NCBI RefSeq assembly: GCF_030144855.1
Contig: NC_082713.1
Coordinates: forward strand, 22,320,001-22,384,000
Source: Hypanus sabinus
Taxonomy: Eukaryota
Direction: 5' to 3'
DNA length: 64,000 nt
The position numbers and the translations under genes are program-made. Below are positions 42,601-54,600 of this stretch, in pieces. How positions within the stretch are numbered: position 1 is the first letter of the stretch; every line of letters begins with the position of its first letter. The notes under the pieces are model-generated. The model made no database searches, was not told the DNA's origin, and was given only the letters and a program-made list of their open reading frames with translations.

Positions 42601-45600
42601 TGGATATCTGACTACTGGAAAACAATGCTGGATGGGTAGTAATGGGGGACAAGGAAATGGCAGACAAACTGAATAAGCATCTTGTATCAGTCTTCACTGT
42701 GGATGAAACTAGCAGTATGGTGGAAGTTCCAGAGTGCCAGGGGTCAGAAGTGTATGAAGATGCCATTACTAGGGAGAAGGTTCTTGAGCAACTGAAAGGT
42801 CTGAAGGTAGTTAAGTCAAATGGACCAGATGGAGTACACCCAGGGTTTTGAAAGAGGTGACTGAAGAGATTGTGGAGGAATTAGTAATGATTTTTCAAGA
42901 ATTACTGGAATCTGGAATGAAACTAGAAGACTGGTAAATTGCAAATACCACTCCACTCTTCAAGAAGGGAGAGAGGCAGTAAAAAGGAGATCACAGGCCA
43001 GTTAATTTGACCTCAGTGGTTGGAAAGGTATAGGAATCAATTGTTAAGTATGTGGTTTTGGAATACTCATTAGCCACAGTTATGTCAACTTTGTTGGGTT
43101 CTGAAAGATTGCACAGCCCAGCTGATGGAAGTACTGAAAGATATATTCAGCATCTCTCTAGGGCAATCCATCGTCCCCTTGGTTTTCAAGGTGGCAACCA
43201 TCATTCCGGTGCCAAAAAAGCTGATAAAATAGGCTGTAGTCAGCATGGTTTCCTCAATGGAAAATCTTGCCTGATAATTCTGTTGGAATTCTTTGAAGAA
43301 GTAGCAAGCAGTAAAGACAAAGAAGAATCGGCTGATGTGTACTTAGATTTTCAGAAGGCCTTTGGGAATGCCAAACAAAGCTGCTTAACAGGCTGTGAGT
43401 CCGTGGTATTACAGGGAAGATTCTAGTATGGTTAAAGCAGTTGCTGACTGGCAGGAGGCAGAGAGTAGGAATAAAGGGAGCCTTTTCTGGTTAGCTGCTG
43501 GTGACTGGTGATGTTCCACAGGGGTCTATGTTAGGACTGCTTTTTTTACATTATATGTGAGTGACTTGGATGAAGGAATTGATGGCTTTGTTGCAAAGTT
43601 TGCTGATCCTACAAAGGTAGGTGGAGGGTCTGGTGGTTTTGTGGAAGTAGAGGGGCTACAGAAGAATGGGCAAAGAAATGGAAGATGGAATGCTGTGTTG
43701 GAATTTGTATGATCATGCACTGTGGGAGAAGAAATAAAGGGTCTGACGATTTTCTAAATGGAGACAAAATTCTAAAATCTGAGGCACAAAGGGACTTTGG
43801 TTTCCTTGTGCAGGATTCCCTGAAGGTTAATTTGCAGGTTACGTCTGTGAAGAAGAAGGCAAATGTGATGTTAGCATTTATTTAGAGAGGACTACAATAT
43901 AAAAGCAAGGATGTAATGTTGATGCTTTATAAAGCAGTAGTGAGGCCTCACTGGGAGAATTGTGAGCAGTTTTGGGCCTCTTATCTTAGAAAGGGTATTT
44001 TGAAACTGGAGAGGGTTCAAAACAAGTTCACAAAAATGATCCCAAGATTGAACAGCTTGTCATATGAAGAGTGTTTATCTAATGCTCGTATGGTATTGCT
44101 TTTACCAGTAAGAATCTAAATTCAGGAGTAACTTCTCTACTTGTGAAAAAGCTTGAATGTAAAACTCATTATCACCTCAGAATGGTTGGTGTAAAAATCA
44201 TGTGTGTGTTTACAAGGAAGTAAGTTGATCTCATGAAGGAGAAAGGATTTGGAGATACTGGTATGGCAAAGTGAATTAAAAAGAATTGGAGGAAGCTCAG
44301 ATCATATTTCTTATTTTCCCTTTATAAATATGGAAGAATATGAATATTAATATGGAAATAGTATCCACTCAGCTTTATGGTCCAAGTCTTACTTGTAAAA
44401 TGTACAATATGCAGATCACTTTCAAAGCCCTTGTGTGTCATGTTTCATTGATATATATTTCTTGAAAGGATGGAAGAACAGATTCTCTCCTGTGTTTCAA
44501 AACTATGAACAAGTTCTGAACTGGAATGAAAAGCCAAATGCTGTCCTTCAGTACTGTATTATTCTTTAAATCTATATAATTCTATTATTCATCATGTTTT
44601 TGTCTGACTGTTTTGATTTCCTTTCATCGGGATCGGAGACCTCACTTCAAGGTCGTTAATGTATAGCTTCTTTTGCCTCATTCCTCTGTGTATTATGTAA
44701 ATTTCCATCTCAAGTACACCAAATGATTGTTTTGCATTCTTTCTGTGCACCACAATGGTGAAGTAATGGGAGTTTTAGTTGTGGAGCACATGGGGAGGTT
44801 GAACAGAGGAGTCTGAATTCATGAGCCCTGTTGATGAAATAAATTAGAAAATTGATCGGTAACCAGAGGACACCAATTAAAAGACAATGACAAAAGGTTT
44901 AGAGGCAAGCTGAGGAAAGATGCTTTTAGCACAGTGAATAATTACTAATCTGGAATACTTGTCTTGAAAGAATAGGGGATGTCCATTCTCTTCTTTCTTT
45001 CAACAAGAAAAGCAAGAGAAGAGATCCCCATCACCCAGGACATGCTCTCTTCTTGCTGATGGCATCAGGTAGAAGGTACAAGAGCCTCAGGACTCACACT
45101 ACCAGCTTCAAGAACAACTACTATCCTTCAATCATGAAGGTCTTAACAAAAGGGGATAACTTCACTCAACTTCACCTGCCCCATCATTGAAATGTACCCA
45201 CAACCAATGAACTCACTTTCAAGGACTCTTCATCTCATGTTCTTGTTATTTATTGCTATTTATTCATATTTGCATCTGTACAGTTTTTTTGTTTTCTGCA
45301 CTCTGGTTGAACACCCTAGTTGGGTGGTCTTTCATTGATCCTGTTACAGTTGCTGTTCTATAGATTTGTTGAGAAACCGCACTGTTGAGAAATAATCTCA
45401 GGGTTGTAGATTGTGACATATATGCATTTTGACAATAAAATTTACTTAGAACTTTGAATTTTGAAGTTCTAAACCAATATGAGAAGCTAAATAATGTCCT
45501 TCTGTACTGTATCATTCTTTAGTTCTCTGTATTTGAGTTATTAATTATGTTCTTTTTGCTTTCCTGTTTTGATATTCTTTTGTTAGAATCCTGGGAGACC

Positions 45601-48600
45601 TCACTTCAAGGTAAATGGAAATGTGTACAAACCGTAAAGTCTTGATAATGCTGATCATAAAAATTGTGTCATGGAAGAATTATATGACATTTCCTTTTCA
45701 TTAAACATTATATTTATTGGAGGTGCTGAAAATGTGACTCATAAGCACGAGCTGATAGAAATGTAAAGCTGGTTAGTCAGCATCTGTGGAGAATGATAAA
45801 AAGAAGAGCAAATGATTGAGGATGGTGCTCATTGCAAATTTGGAAGACCAGAAAAAAATAAATAAATAATAGCATGATTGGCTCAAGTAGTCAAAGATGA
45901 CAAGGTTGTTTTGAGAATCAGAATCAGGTTTATTACCATTGTTGAGAAATTTGTTGCATCATTCCAACTAGGTCAAAATTTCATGGTAAATGCATTGTCT
46001 TGTTAACAATAAACCAGATAATGTATTCACTACATCAAGAAATCGTTACATGGCAAACCTGCTGCTCCAGTCTCTTTTCAAATGCTTCTGCTCTTCCAAT
46101 GCTACACTCACAGCTGTTCCTATCCAAATCTTCCTGCCACGCATTATGAACCTCATGAACAGTTTTTCATAATGTGTGTGTGTCTGTGTGTAAAATGGGG
46201 GTTGTTTCTCTGTCATTGTTTTGTTACTTGTTATTTTCTGGTTTGTTGTGTTCTGCTGAGCATTATGGGTATGCTATTTTAGCGCTGGAATGTGTGCTGA
46301 TACTTGCAGGCTGCCCCCAAACACCCTCAGGTGTGTTGTTAAAATGTTTCGATGTTTGTTATGTGCTGTGTCGTATGACGTGAGCAATCTTGGTGTTTCT
46401 ATTACCATGATTGCTCTTGGCACATTTTTCTCCATAAGTTGTTTGCCATTGCCTTCTCCTGGGCAGTGTATTTACAAGGCGGGTGAGCCCAGCCATTACC
46501 AATACTCTTCAGAGATTGTCTGCCTGGTATCAGTTGTCGCATAACCAGGATTTGTGATGTGCACCAGCTGCTCATATGACCTTCCACCACTTATCCCCAT
46601 GGCTTCATGCGACACTGATCAGGGGGCTAAGTAGGTGCTACACCTTGCCCAAGGGAGATCTGCAGGCCAGTGGGGGGGAAGGAGTCCCTTACACATCCTT
46701 TAGTAGAGATGAATCTGCCACCCAGTGCTACAATGTACATGTGATAAGTAAATTAATCTGGATCAGAACTTTTGCTCCTCCCCAATTTACTAACCATTCA
46801 GTCTTGCTTGTTTGCAAGTTTCCTCAATAAATGTTCTTCTTTTTTAACCCTTAAATCAAAGTAGAAACAACTGGAAGCACTGAGAAGTGCATTTGTGGAA
46901 AAGAAACCGAGATAATGTTTCAGAACTGTTTAGCTTTACACAGCTGCTTTCTGACTGCTGAGTGTTTCCAGCATTTCTGTTTTATTTGAAATTTTTAAAT
47001 TTCAGTGCTTTGAATTTCTTTAACCCTTTGATGATTGTGCTGCCATTCTTTTCTCTCTTGGTTTTGTGGCTATCTGGAGAGGACGAAATTTCAGAGATGT
47101 ATACTTCGATAATAAATGAAACTTTGAACCTTTGAACTTATTAGAAAGTTTCCCTTTATGTCTCATAATTATACACATGAAGTATTTACAAATTAAAGCT
47201 GGAGAGTGGTTGATTTGATACAACATATTTTTTGGTCGGGGTAACATCTACTCTCTATTTCTGCTGTGTTTCAGCGAGATGATGCTGGAGATTCCGTTTT
47301 ACCTGATGCATCCTAAACCCAGTGAGGGTGAGTACAGATTCAGTATTATTTTTCAGCTATGAATGGGGACATTATGACCCTATGATATTCTTGATTTCAA
47401 GCACAGCTTTCATATTTCATTGCTGATCCTCATATGAGTGTTGGAGCTAATTATAGATCCAATTTCTTTTGAAAGATGAAAAAAAGAGTCCAATGCAAAC
47501 ATTTATCCAAATTAGTCAAACAGTAATCAGACAAAACGGATTTGAATGTGAAAACTTAGCTGAAGTCTCACTGCAGTTCACCAGCAATATTGTGATGTTT
47601 TTGTTTGGCTAATAGGACTTGTTTTGTGGAATTACTGGCAGGATAACAACATCATTTGTTAATACACTGTCAAAACATAGTTACCAGGCAAACATTTTCT
47701 TACATAATTTCATCCTGAACTTTGCTAGGATTGGAAAATGTTTCAGAACTAAATCCACCAGTACTTGCTTATTATTAATTTTCTATTTTATTACAGTTCT
47801 CTCCTTTTGCAATAGTAAGCAAAGTTCTTAGCTTTCCTTCTTCCCTTCCTCTCTGAGACTGTCGCTGTGGTTGCATATCTTTTGTAAGACCAGTGTCCTG
47901 TTTTGTTCAAAACTGAGCAGATTTAAGAGCCATACACAGCATAGGTTGGGATTTTAGAACATAGAATATTGAATGTTACAGCACAGTACAGGCCATATGG
48001 CCCTCAATGTTGTGCCAACCTTTTAACCTACTCTTGGATCAATCTAACCTTCTCTCCTACATAGCCCTACTATCAATGTGACTATTTCAGACAGTCTTAA
48101 ATGCTACTGAATATGCCTTTGCTTTGAATTCCAAAATAAACTTGCTGCACATAACATTTGTTTGAATATAAAGTAGACACTTGGTAAACCATAGACATAA
48201 GGAAGAATTACATGGATTTTGTAGCCATAAATTGGTTATTTCACCAGACAATTACTATCTTCTGCCAGATTACGGGTGTACGAAAGCTTCGAGAAAATAA
48301 ATTAATGAACATGTCAATTGAAATGTACCATGTGCCCCTTCACAGAAGCATGCTAAATATACAATACAATCACTAATATGACCAGTTCACCATATTTAAT
48401 GTTTTACTTTGTGTTTCTTTTATATCTACTGTCTATTGCTTGGCACTTAATTAAAACTTTTCAGTTAAATTATGGATATTGCCATTTTATTAATTTCTCC
48501 CCAAAAGCCCCAATAAGCCATAAACAACATGTTGCTATTATCACTTCTCATTCCCAGACAGGATATTAGAAAATGCTTGTCATTTGCTGGGTGATTCCTC

Positions 48601-51600
48601 TTCCTGTTTGACTTGACCAACTCTCCTTTTCTTGGGATCAATTTAACATGTACAGAAATGGGACAAGTGGTTGATTAAAAATGCCCGGATTATGTCCCTC
48701 TCCTGATGATGACAATAACTTTAACTTTCTTGTAGAGCAAACAACAATCTAATGATCATGGGATTTTGCTTTTTAAAGTATTAGTTGCATTTTAAGAGCA
48801 AATTCTTGAAGGGAAAGTAGCAGAAGGTTTGCAAGGGAAGTAGATCAAGGATGAAGGATTGAATTATTTAGCATATACATTTACATCAATTAGAAATTTG
48901 CTGTGGTGTGTCGGTCAGGGTGCTTCCTTCAATAAAAACAACACTAAACAGTAATAAAGAATAAACAATTATATCAAAAGTAAAGTTAAGGTTAAAGAAC
49001 AGAAATTAAATAAAACATACCTAAATATATTAATGCCAGCATGTTCTTACCATGTAAACAGCATTATAATAAGTCATTTAATCTTCCTTCAGTGTAGCAC
49101 AGTGACAGGGATACACCACTCTTCCTTCCAGAAGGAAGGGGGGCAGGAAAAAGGAAATCATAAGCCATTTATCCTGACTTCAGTGTCTGGGAAGATGTGA
49201 AGTCCATTATTAAGGATGAGGTTTTGGGCGAGGTGCATGATGAAGTAGGCCAAAGTCAGCATGGTTTCGTTAAGGGGAAATCTTGCCTGAAAAATCTGTT
49301 GGTATTCCTTGAGGAAATAAAAGACAGGAAAGACAAAGGAAAATTGGTGGATGTTAAGAGTCATAGAGTCATAGAAAAATACAGCACAGAATCAGGCTCT
49401 TTGGCCCATCTAGTCCATGCTGAAACTCTTAAGTTGTTTACTCCCATTGACCTGCACTGGGACTATAACCCTCCATACCCTACCATCCACGTACCTGTTC
49501 AAACTTCTCTTAAACATTGAAATTGAGCTTGTATGCACCATTTGTGCTGGCAGCTCATTCCACACCCTCACAGCCCTCTGAGTGAAGAAGTTTCCTCTTA
49601 TGTTCTCCTTAAACTTTTCACTTTTCACACTTAACGCAAGACCTCAGTGGATCTCACCCAGTAATCAATCTCACCCAGCCTCAGTGGACACTGCCTGCTT
49701 GCATTTATCTTACCTGTACTCCTCATAATTCTGTATACTTCAAATCTCCTCTTAATCTTCTATGTTCCAAAGATTAAAGTCCTAACCTATTCAACCTTTC
49801 CATATAACTCAGGTTCTCCAGTCCTGGTAACCTCCTTGTAAATTTTCTCTGCGACCTTTCCACCTTATTTACATCTTCCCTGTAGGTAAGTGACTAAAAC
49901 TGCACACAATACTCAAATTAGGACTCACCAAAATCTTATACAACTTTAACATCTCATGTACTCAATACTTTGATTTATGAAGGCCAATATGCCAAAAGCT
50001 GTATGACCCTATCAACCTGAAATGCTGCTTTCAATGAATTATGGACCTGTATTCCCAGATCCCTTTGTTCTATGGCATTCCTCAGTGTCCTACTATTTAC
50101 TGTGTAAGATCTACCCTGGTTGATCCTAATGAAGTGCCACAATTTGCACTTCATTGCATTAAATCCCAGCTGCCTGACCTGCTGAGATCCTTCAGAATTT
50201 TGTGTCTGTTGTTTTAAATTCCATCTGCCATTTTTCATTCCATTTCTTCCATCTGTTCCAGATCCTGCTGCAAACCATGATCGCCTTCCTCACTATCCAC
50301 TTCACCCCCAGCCTTGGTATTATCCACACATTTGCTGATCCAATTAACCACATTTTCATCAAAATCATTGACATTAATGACAGGTAACAATGGACCCTGC
50401 ACTGTTCGCTGCAGTACTCCATTGGTCACAGGTCTCCAGTCAGAGAGGCAACCAGCACTCTCTGGCTTCTCCCACAAAGCTACTATCTAATCCAAATTAT
50501 TGCCTCGTTTTGAATTCCAAATGGCTGAACCTTCTTGACCAGCCTCCCATGTGGGACCTTGCTAAAGTCTATGTAGGCAACATCCACTACCTTGCCTTCA
50601 CCATCTTTCCAAATAACTTCCTCAAAAAGCTCTATAAGATTGGTTAGGCATGATCTACCAAGCACAAAGTCATGTTGACTATCTTTAATTAGTCCATGTC
50701 TATCCAATACTCATATATCCAAACCTTTAGAATACCTTCCATAATTTTCCCACTACTGATGTCAGGCCGACTGGTTTATAGTTTTCTGGTTTATGTTTAG
50801 AGCCTTTCTTAAACAGTGGAGCTATATTGTCGATCCTCCAATCCTCTAACACCTCACTTGTTGCTAAGGATGATTTAAATATCTCTGCTAGGACCCCAAT
50901 GATTGCTGCACTCTCTTTCCACAGGATCCGAGGGAACACTTTACCAGGCCCTGGGGGTTTATCCATCCTAAATTCCTTCAGGACAAATTTGCCTCCTCTT
51001 GTGATCTGTATAGTGTCCATGAAGTTGATGCCATTTTGTCTAACTTCTATAGACTCTGAGCCCATCTCTTGAGTAAATGCAGATGCAAAAAAATTCATTT
51101 AAGATCCTCCCGACCCCCCCCCCCCCCCATCTGTTTTGGCTCCTCGTATGGATTACCGTTCTGATCTTTCAAAGGACCAATTTTGTCCCTTGCTCTTAAC
51201 ACATCTGTAGAATCCCTTATGCCTTCTTTTTAGCCCTCCTGATTTCTTTCAAATGTGTTCTCTTGCATTTCTTATACTCTATAAGCACCTCATTTGTTCT
51301 GTCATGCCTATACTTGCATTGCGCCTCCTCTTTTTCTTAATCTGGGTCTCAATATCTCTTGAAAACCAAGGTTTCCTTTTATTCTGATAGGCACATACAA
51401 GCTTTGTACTCTCAAAACTTCACTTTTGAAGGCATCTCACTTACCAATACACCTTTGCCAGTAAATAGCCAGTCGCAATGCACACCTGCCAGATCCTTTG
51501 ATACTATCAAAATTGGTCTTCCTCCAATTTAGAATCTCAACACGTGGCCCAGACCTATCTTTCTGCATACTTTCTTTGAAACTAATAGCATTGTGATCAC

Positions 51601-54600
51601 TGGATGCAAAGTGCTCAACCGCACAAACTTCTGTCATCCGCCCTGTCTCACTTCCTGATAGCAGATCAAGTATCACATACGCACTCATTGGGAACTCTAT
51701 GAATTCTAAGAAAACTTTCCTGAACACATTTGACCAATTTTGTCCCACCTAGTCCTTTAACAGTATGGGTGACCCATCAAAATGTGGAAGTTAAAATCAC
51801 CCACTAGAACAAATTTGTTCCTTAAATCCCCTGGACTGTTGAGTGGTCTGTAATATAGCCTCATTTAACTGGTCATACCTTTCTTATTACTAAGTTCGAA
51901 CAATAATGCCTCACTAGACAAGTTCTGCAGTCTGACCTGACTGAGCACTGCTGTGACATTTTCCTTGACTAATAATACCACCCCTCCTCCCTTAATCCCT
52001 CCCGCTCTGTCACGTGTAAAACAATGGAATCCTGAAATATTGAGCAGCCAGTCTTGCCCCTCCTGCAAACGTCTCACTCAGTATCATTATTCTAGGTGTT
52101 GATGAATGCTCTGAGCTCATCTGCCTTCCTACGATACTTCTTGCATTGAACTACACACATCTCAGAACATTATTTGCACCATGCTCAACCTTTTGATTCC
52201 TGACTTTGTCCGAGATCTTAACAACATCTGGTCAGCACAACTTCTCCACTATCTGCTCTGAACCTCTCACTCCCATCACCCTCCAGTTCAAACCCCCCCC
52301 CACCCCCCATACAACACTATCCAACCTTCCCAACACGTAATGAGTCCCCTTCCAGTTCAGCTGCAAGTTGTCTCTTCTGCAAAGGTCCCACCTGCCCTGG
52401 AGGAAAGCCTAATGTTGTTTATTTGGATTTTCAGAAGGGCTTCCACGTTATGCCACACATAAGGCTGCTTAACAAGTTAAGAGCCCATGGTATTACATAG
52501 AAAATTGGCTGACTGGATGGAGGCAAAGTGTCAGAATAAAGGGGGCCTATTCTGGTGGGCTGCCGGTGACATGTGGTATTCCGCAGGGGTTGGTACTGGG
52601 ACCGCTTCTTTCCACATTATATGTCAATGATTTAGATGACAGAATTGATGGCTTTGTGGCCAAATTTGCACACAATGCGAAGATAGGTGGAGAAACAGTT
52701 TGTTTTGAGGAACCAGTGAGTCTGCAGAAGGACTTGGTCTGATTGGGAGAATGGGCAATGAAGTGGCTGTTGAAATATAGTGTAGGGAAGTATATGGTCA
52801 TGCACTTTGGTAGAAGGAATAAAGGCAGAGGCTATTTTCTAAATAGGGAGAACATTCAAAAATCAATGGTGCAAGGGGACTTGGTCATTCTTGTGCAGGA
52901 TTCCCTAAAGGTGATGCTGAAGCTTTATAAGGCATTGGTCAGACTGCACTTGGAGCACTGTGAGCAGTTTTGGGCCCCTTATCTAAGATATGTACTGGCA
53001 TTGGAGAGGATCCAGAAGAGGTTCACGGGAATTATTCTGGGAATGAAAGGGTTAATGTACACGGAGTGTTTGCTGGCTCTGGGTCTATACTTGCTGGAGT
53101 TTACAAGAACAAGGTGGGATCTCATTGAAACCTATTGGACGTTGAAAGACCTGGACAGAGTGGATGTGGAGAGGATGTTCCTAATAGTACATGAGTCTAG
53201 GATTGGAGGGCAGCGCCTCAGAATAGGGAGACACCCATTTAGAACAGAGATGAGGAGAAATTTCTTGAGACAGAGGGTGCTGAATAAGTGGAATTCATTG
53301 TCACAGACAGCTGCTGAAGCCAAGTCATCAAATATATTTAAAGCAGAGGTTCTTAGTTAGTCAAAGTGTCAAATGTTATGGCAAGAATGCAGGGAAGAAT
53401 GGGGTTGAGAGGATAATAAATCAGCTGTGATGGAATGGTAGAGCAGAATCAATGGGCCAAGTGGCCTAATTCTGCTCCTATGTCTTATGGTCTAGATAGA
53501 TTGGGTTGGGGGATCAAACTAGATTGTTGATCAGATTAACTGCTTGGGGAACAATCTTTTAAGATGGCATGAAGTTTTAGTATAAATAGCCCTTTGCTGC
53601 TTTATTGGTACCAAAAGAGCTGCTGATTTTTGCTTAAAATGAAATTCCTTTGTAGAGCAGGAATTTAAAGAAGTCAGAACTTTCATTTCTCACAAAGAAC
53701 CCTAGACTCTTCTATCACTGCCCAAGCCTTCTCCTTGCCATTCTTCAAGTCCATCTCCTGTTGCCCCTGAAAAGCTACCTTGCTTGGGAATTTGCTGTTT
53801 TTACTGTTACACCACAACTCAGCGTTTGAAAGCTGGCCCAAAGTTCAAGTCAAACCAATTATTTAAGTGTTTGTTACCTTCTTATTTTTTGTTGGTATTA
53901 CCCGCACTTCAACTTCCTATAACCTGACAATCTTCTTCATCTTCTACACTCTAAATCATTTCTTCATCAATTTGTTCTTTAGCAAAACTGCCAGAGCTTA
54001 GTATCACCATTTAACAACTGATCAGACTAACTTAGACCTTGTTTGTTCTTTGTACTTTCGGTGATATTTACTGAGCACCTCACAACAGAGTGGAAGTACC
54101 GGGCTTAGTTCAGACTGGAAGGACCATGAATTTATTCTCTTTACTTTCCCAAGGCAATGGCATATATAACACTGGATAGTATTCTATCCCAAGAAAGAGA
54201 ATGTCATTTGACAGTTGTAAAAAAGGAGCAGTTGAACATTTGCATAGCTTCACAAGACCTCACAAATGTTTGCATAATGATCAGAAGAAAAAATGTCTGC
54301 ACTCCATTGTCTGGGGAAATTAAGCCAATTGTAATAGTGCAGCACCATGAAGTGGTTAACACAATGTTTCTGATACAGCTGAGTTGGTCCAGAGAAGATA
54401 CAGTGCATTGCATTCATTATTATTTTTGCCCCAGGGATGTTTAATGTTGAATTCAAACTTGAGCTAATTTATAATGTATTTCATTTGCTAAACTAACATA
54501 TGTTTTTTTTCCTTATATTTCTTTCATCGCTTCAACTAAATTGCAGTCAACCTCAGGTAAGCCTGTGATGTAGGATACACAGAGGTTACTCTCCTCAATA

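Larger units (their letters stand above)
39460..44090 (+). mobile_element. Long CR1 LINE (endonuclease and RT) fragmented by nested insertions
   Basis: ORFs 39967..40152 (MGDFN), 40214..40498 (GDHNMI), 42642..42851, 43052..43426 ([11 protein letters not shown]), 43916..44119. Confidence 0.88.

Noticed and set aside
44552-44651. Use of the pseudo-exon through the nearest upstream AG (44550-44551)
   Set aside because: The resulting 100-nt exon has an in-frame TAA and shifts the frame
46600-46725. HDV-like ribozyme at the 5' end of the RTE-related SINE (minus strand)
   Set aside because: Some hairpins are present, but I could not build a convincing nested double pseudoknot by eye; needs a descriptor search on the family consensus
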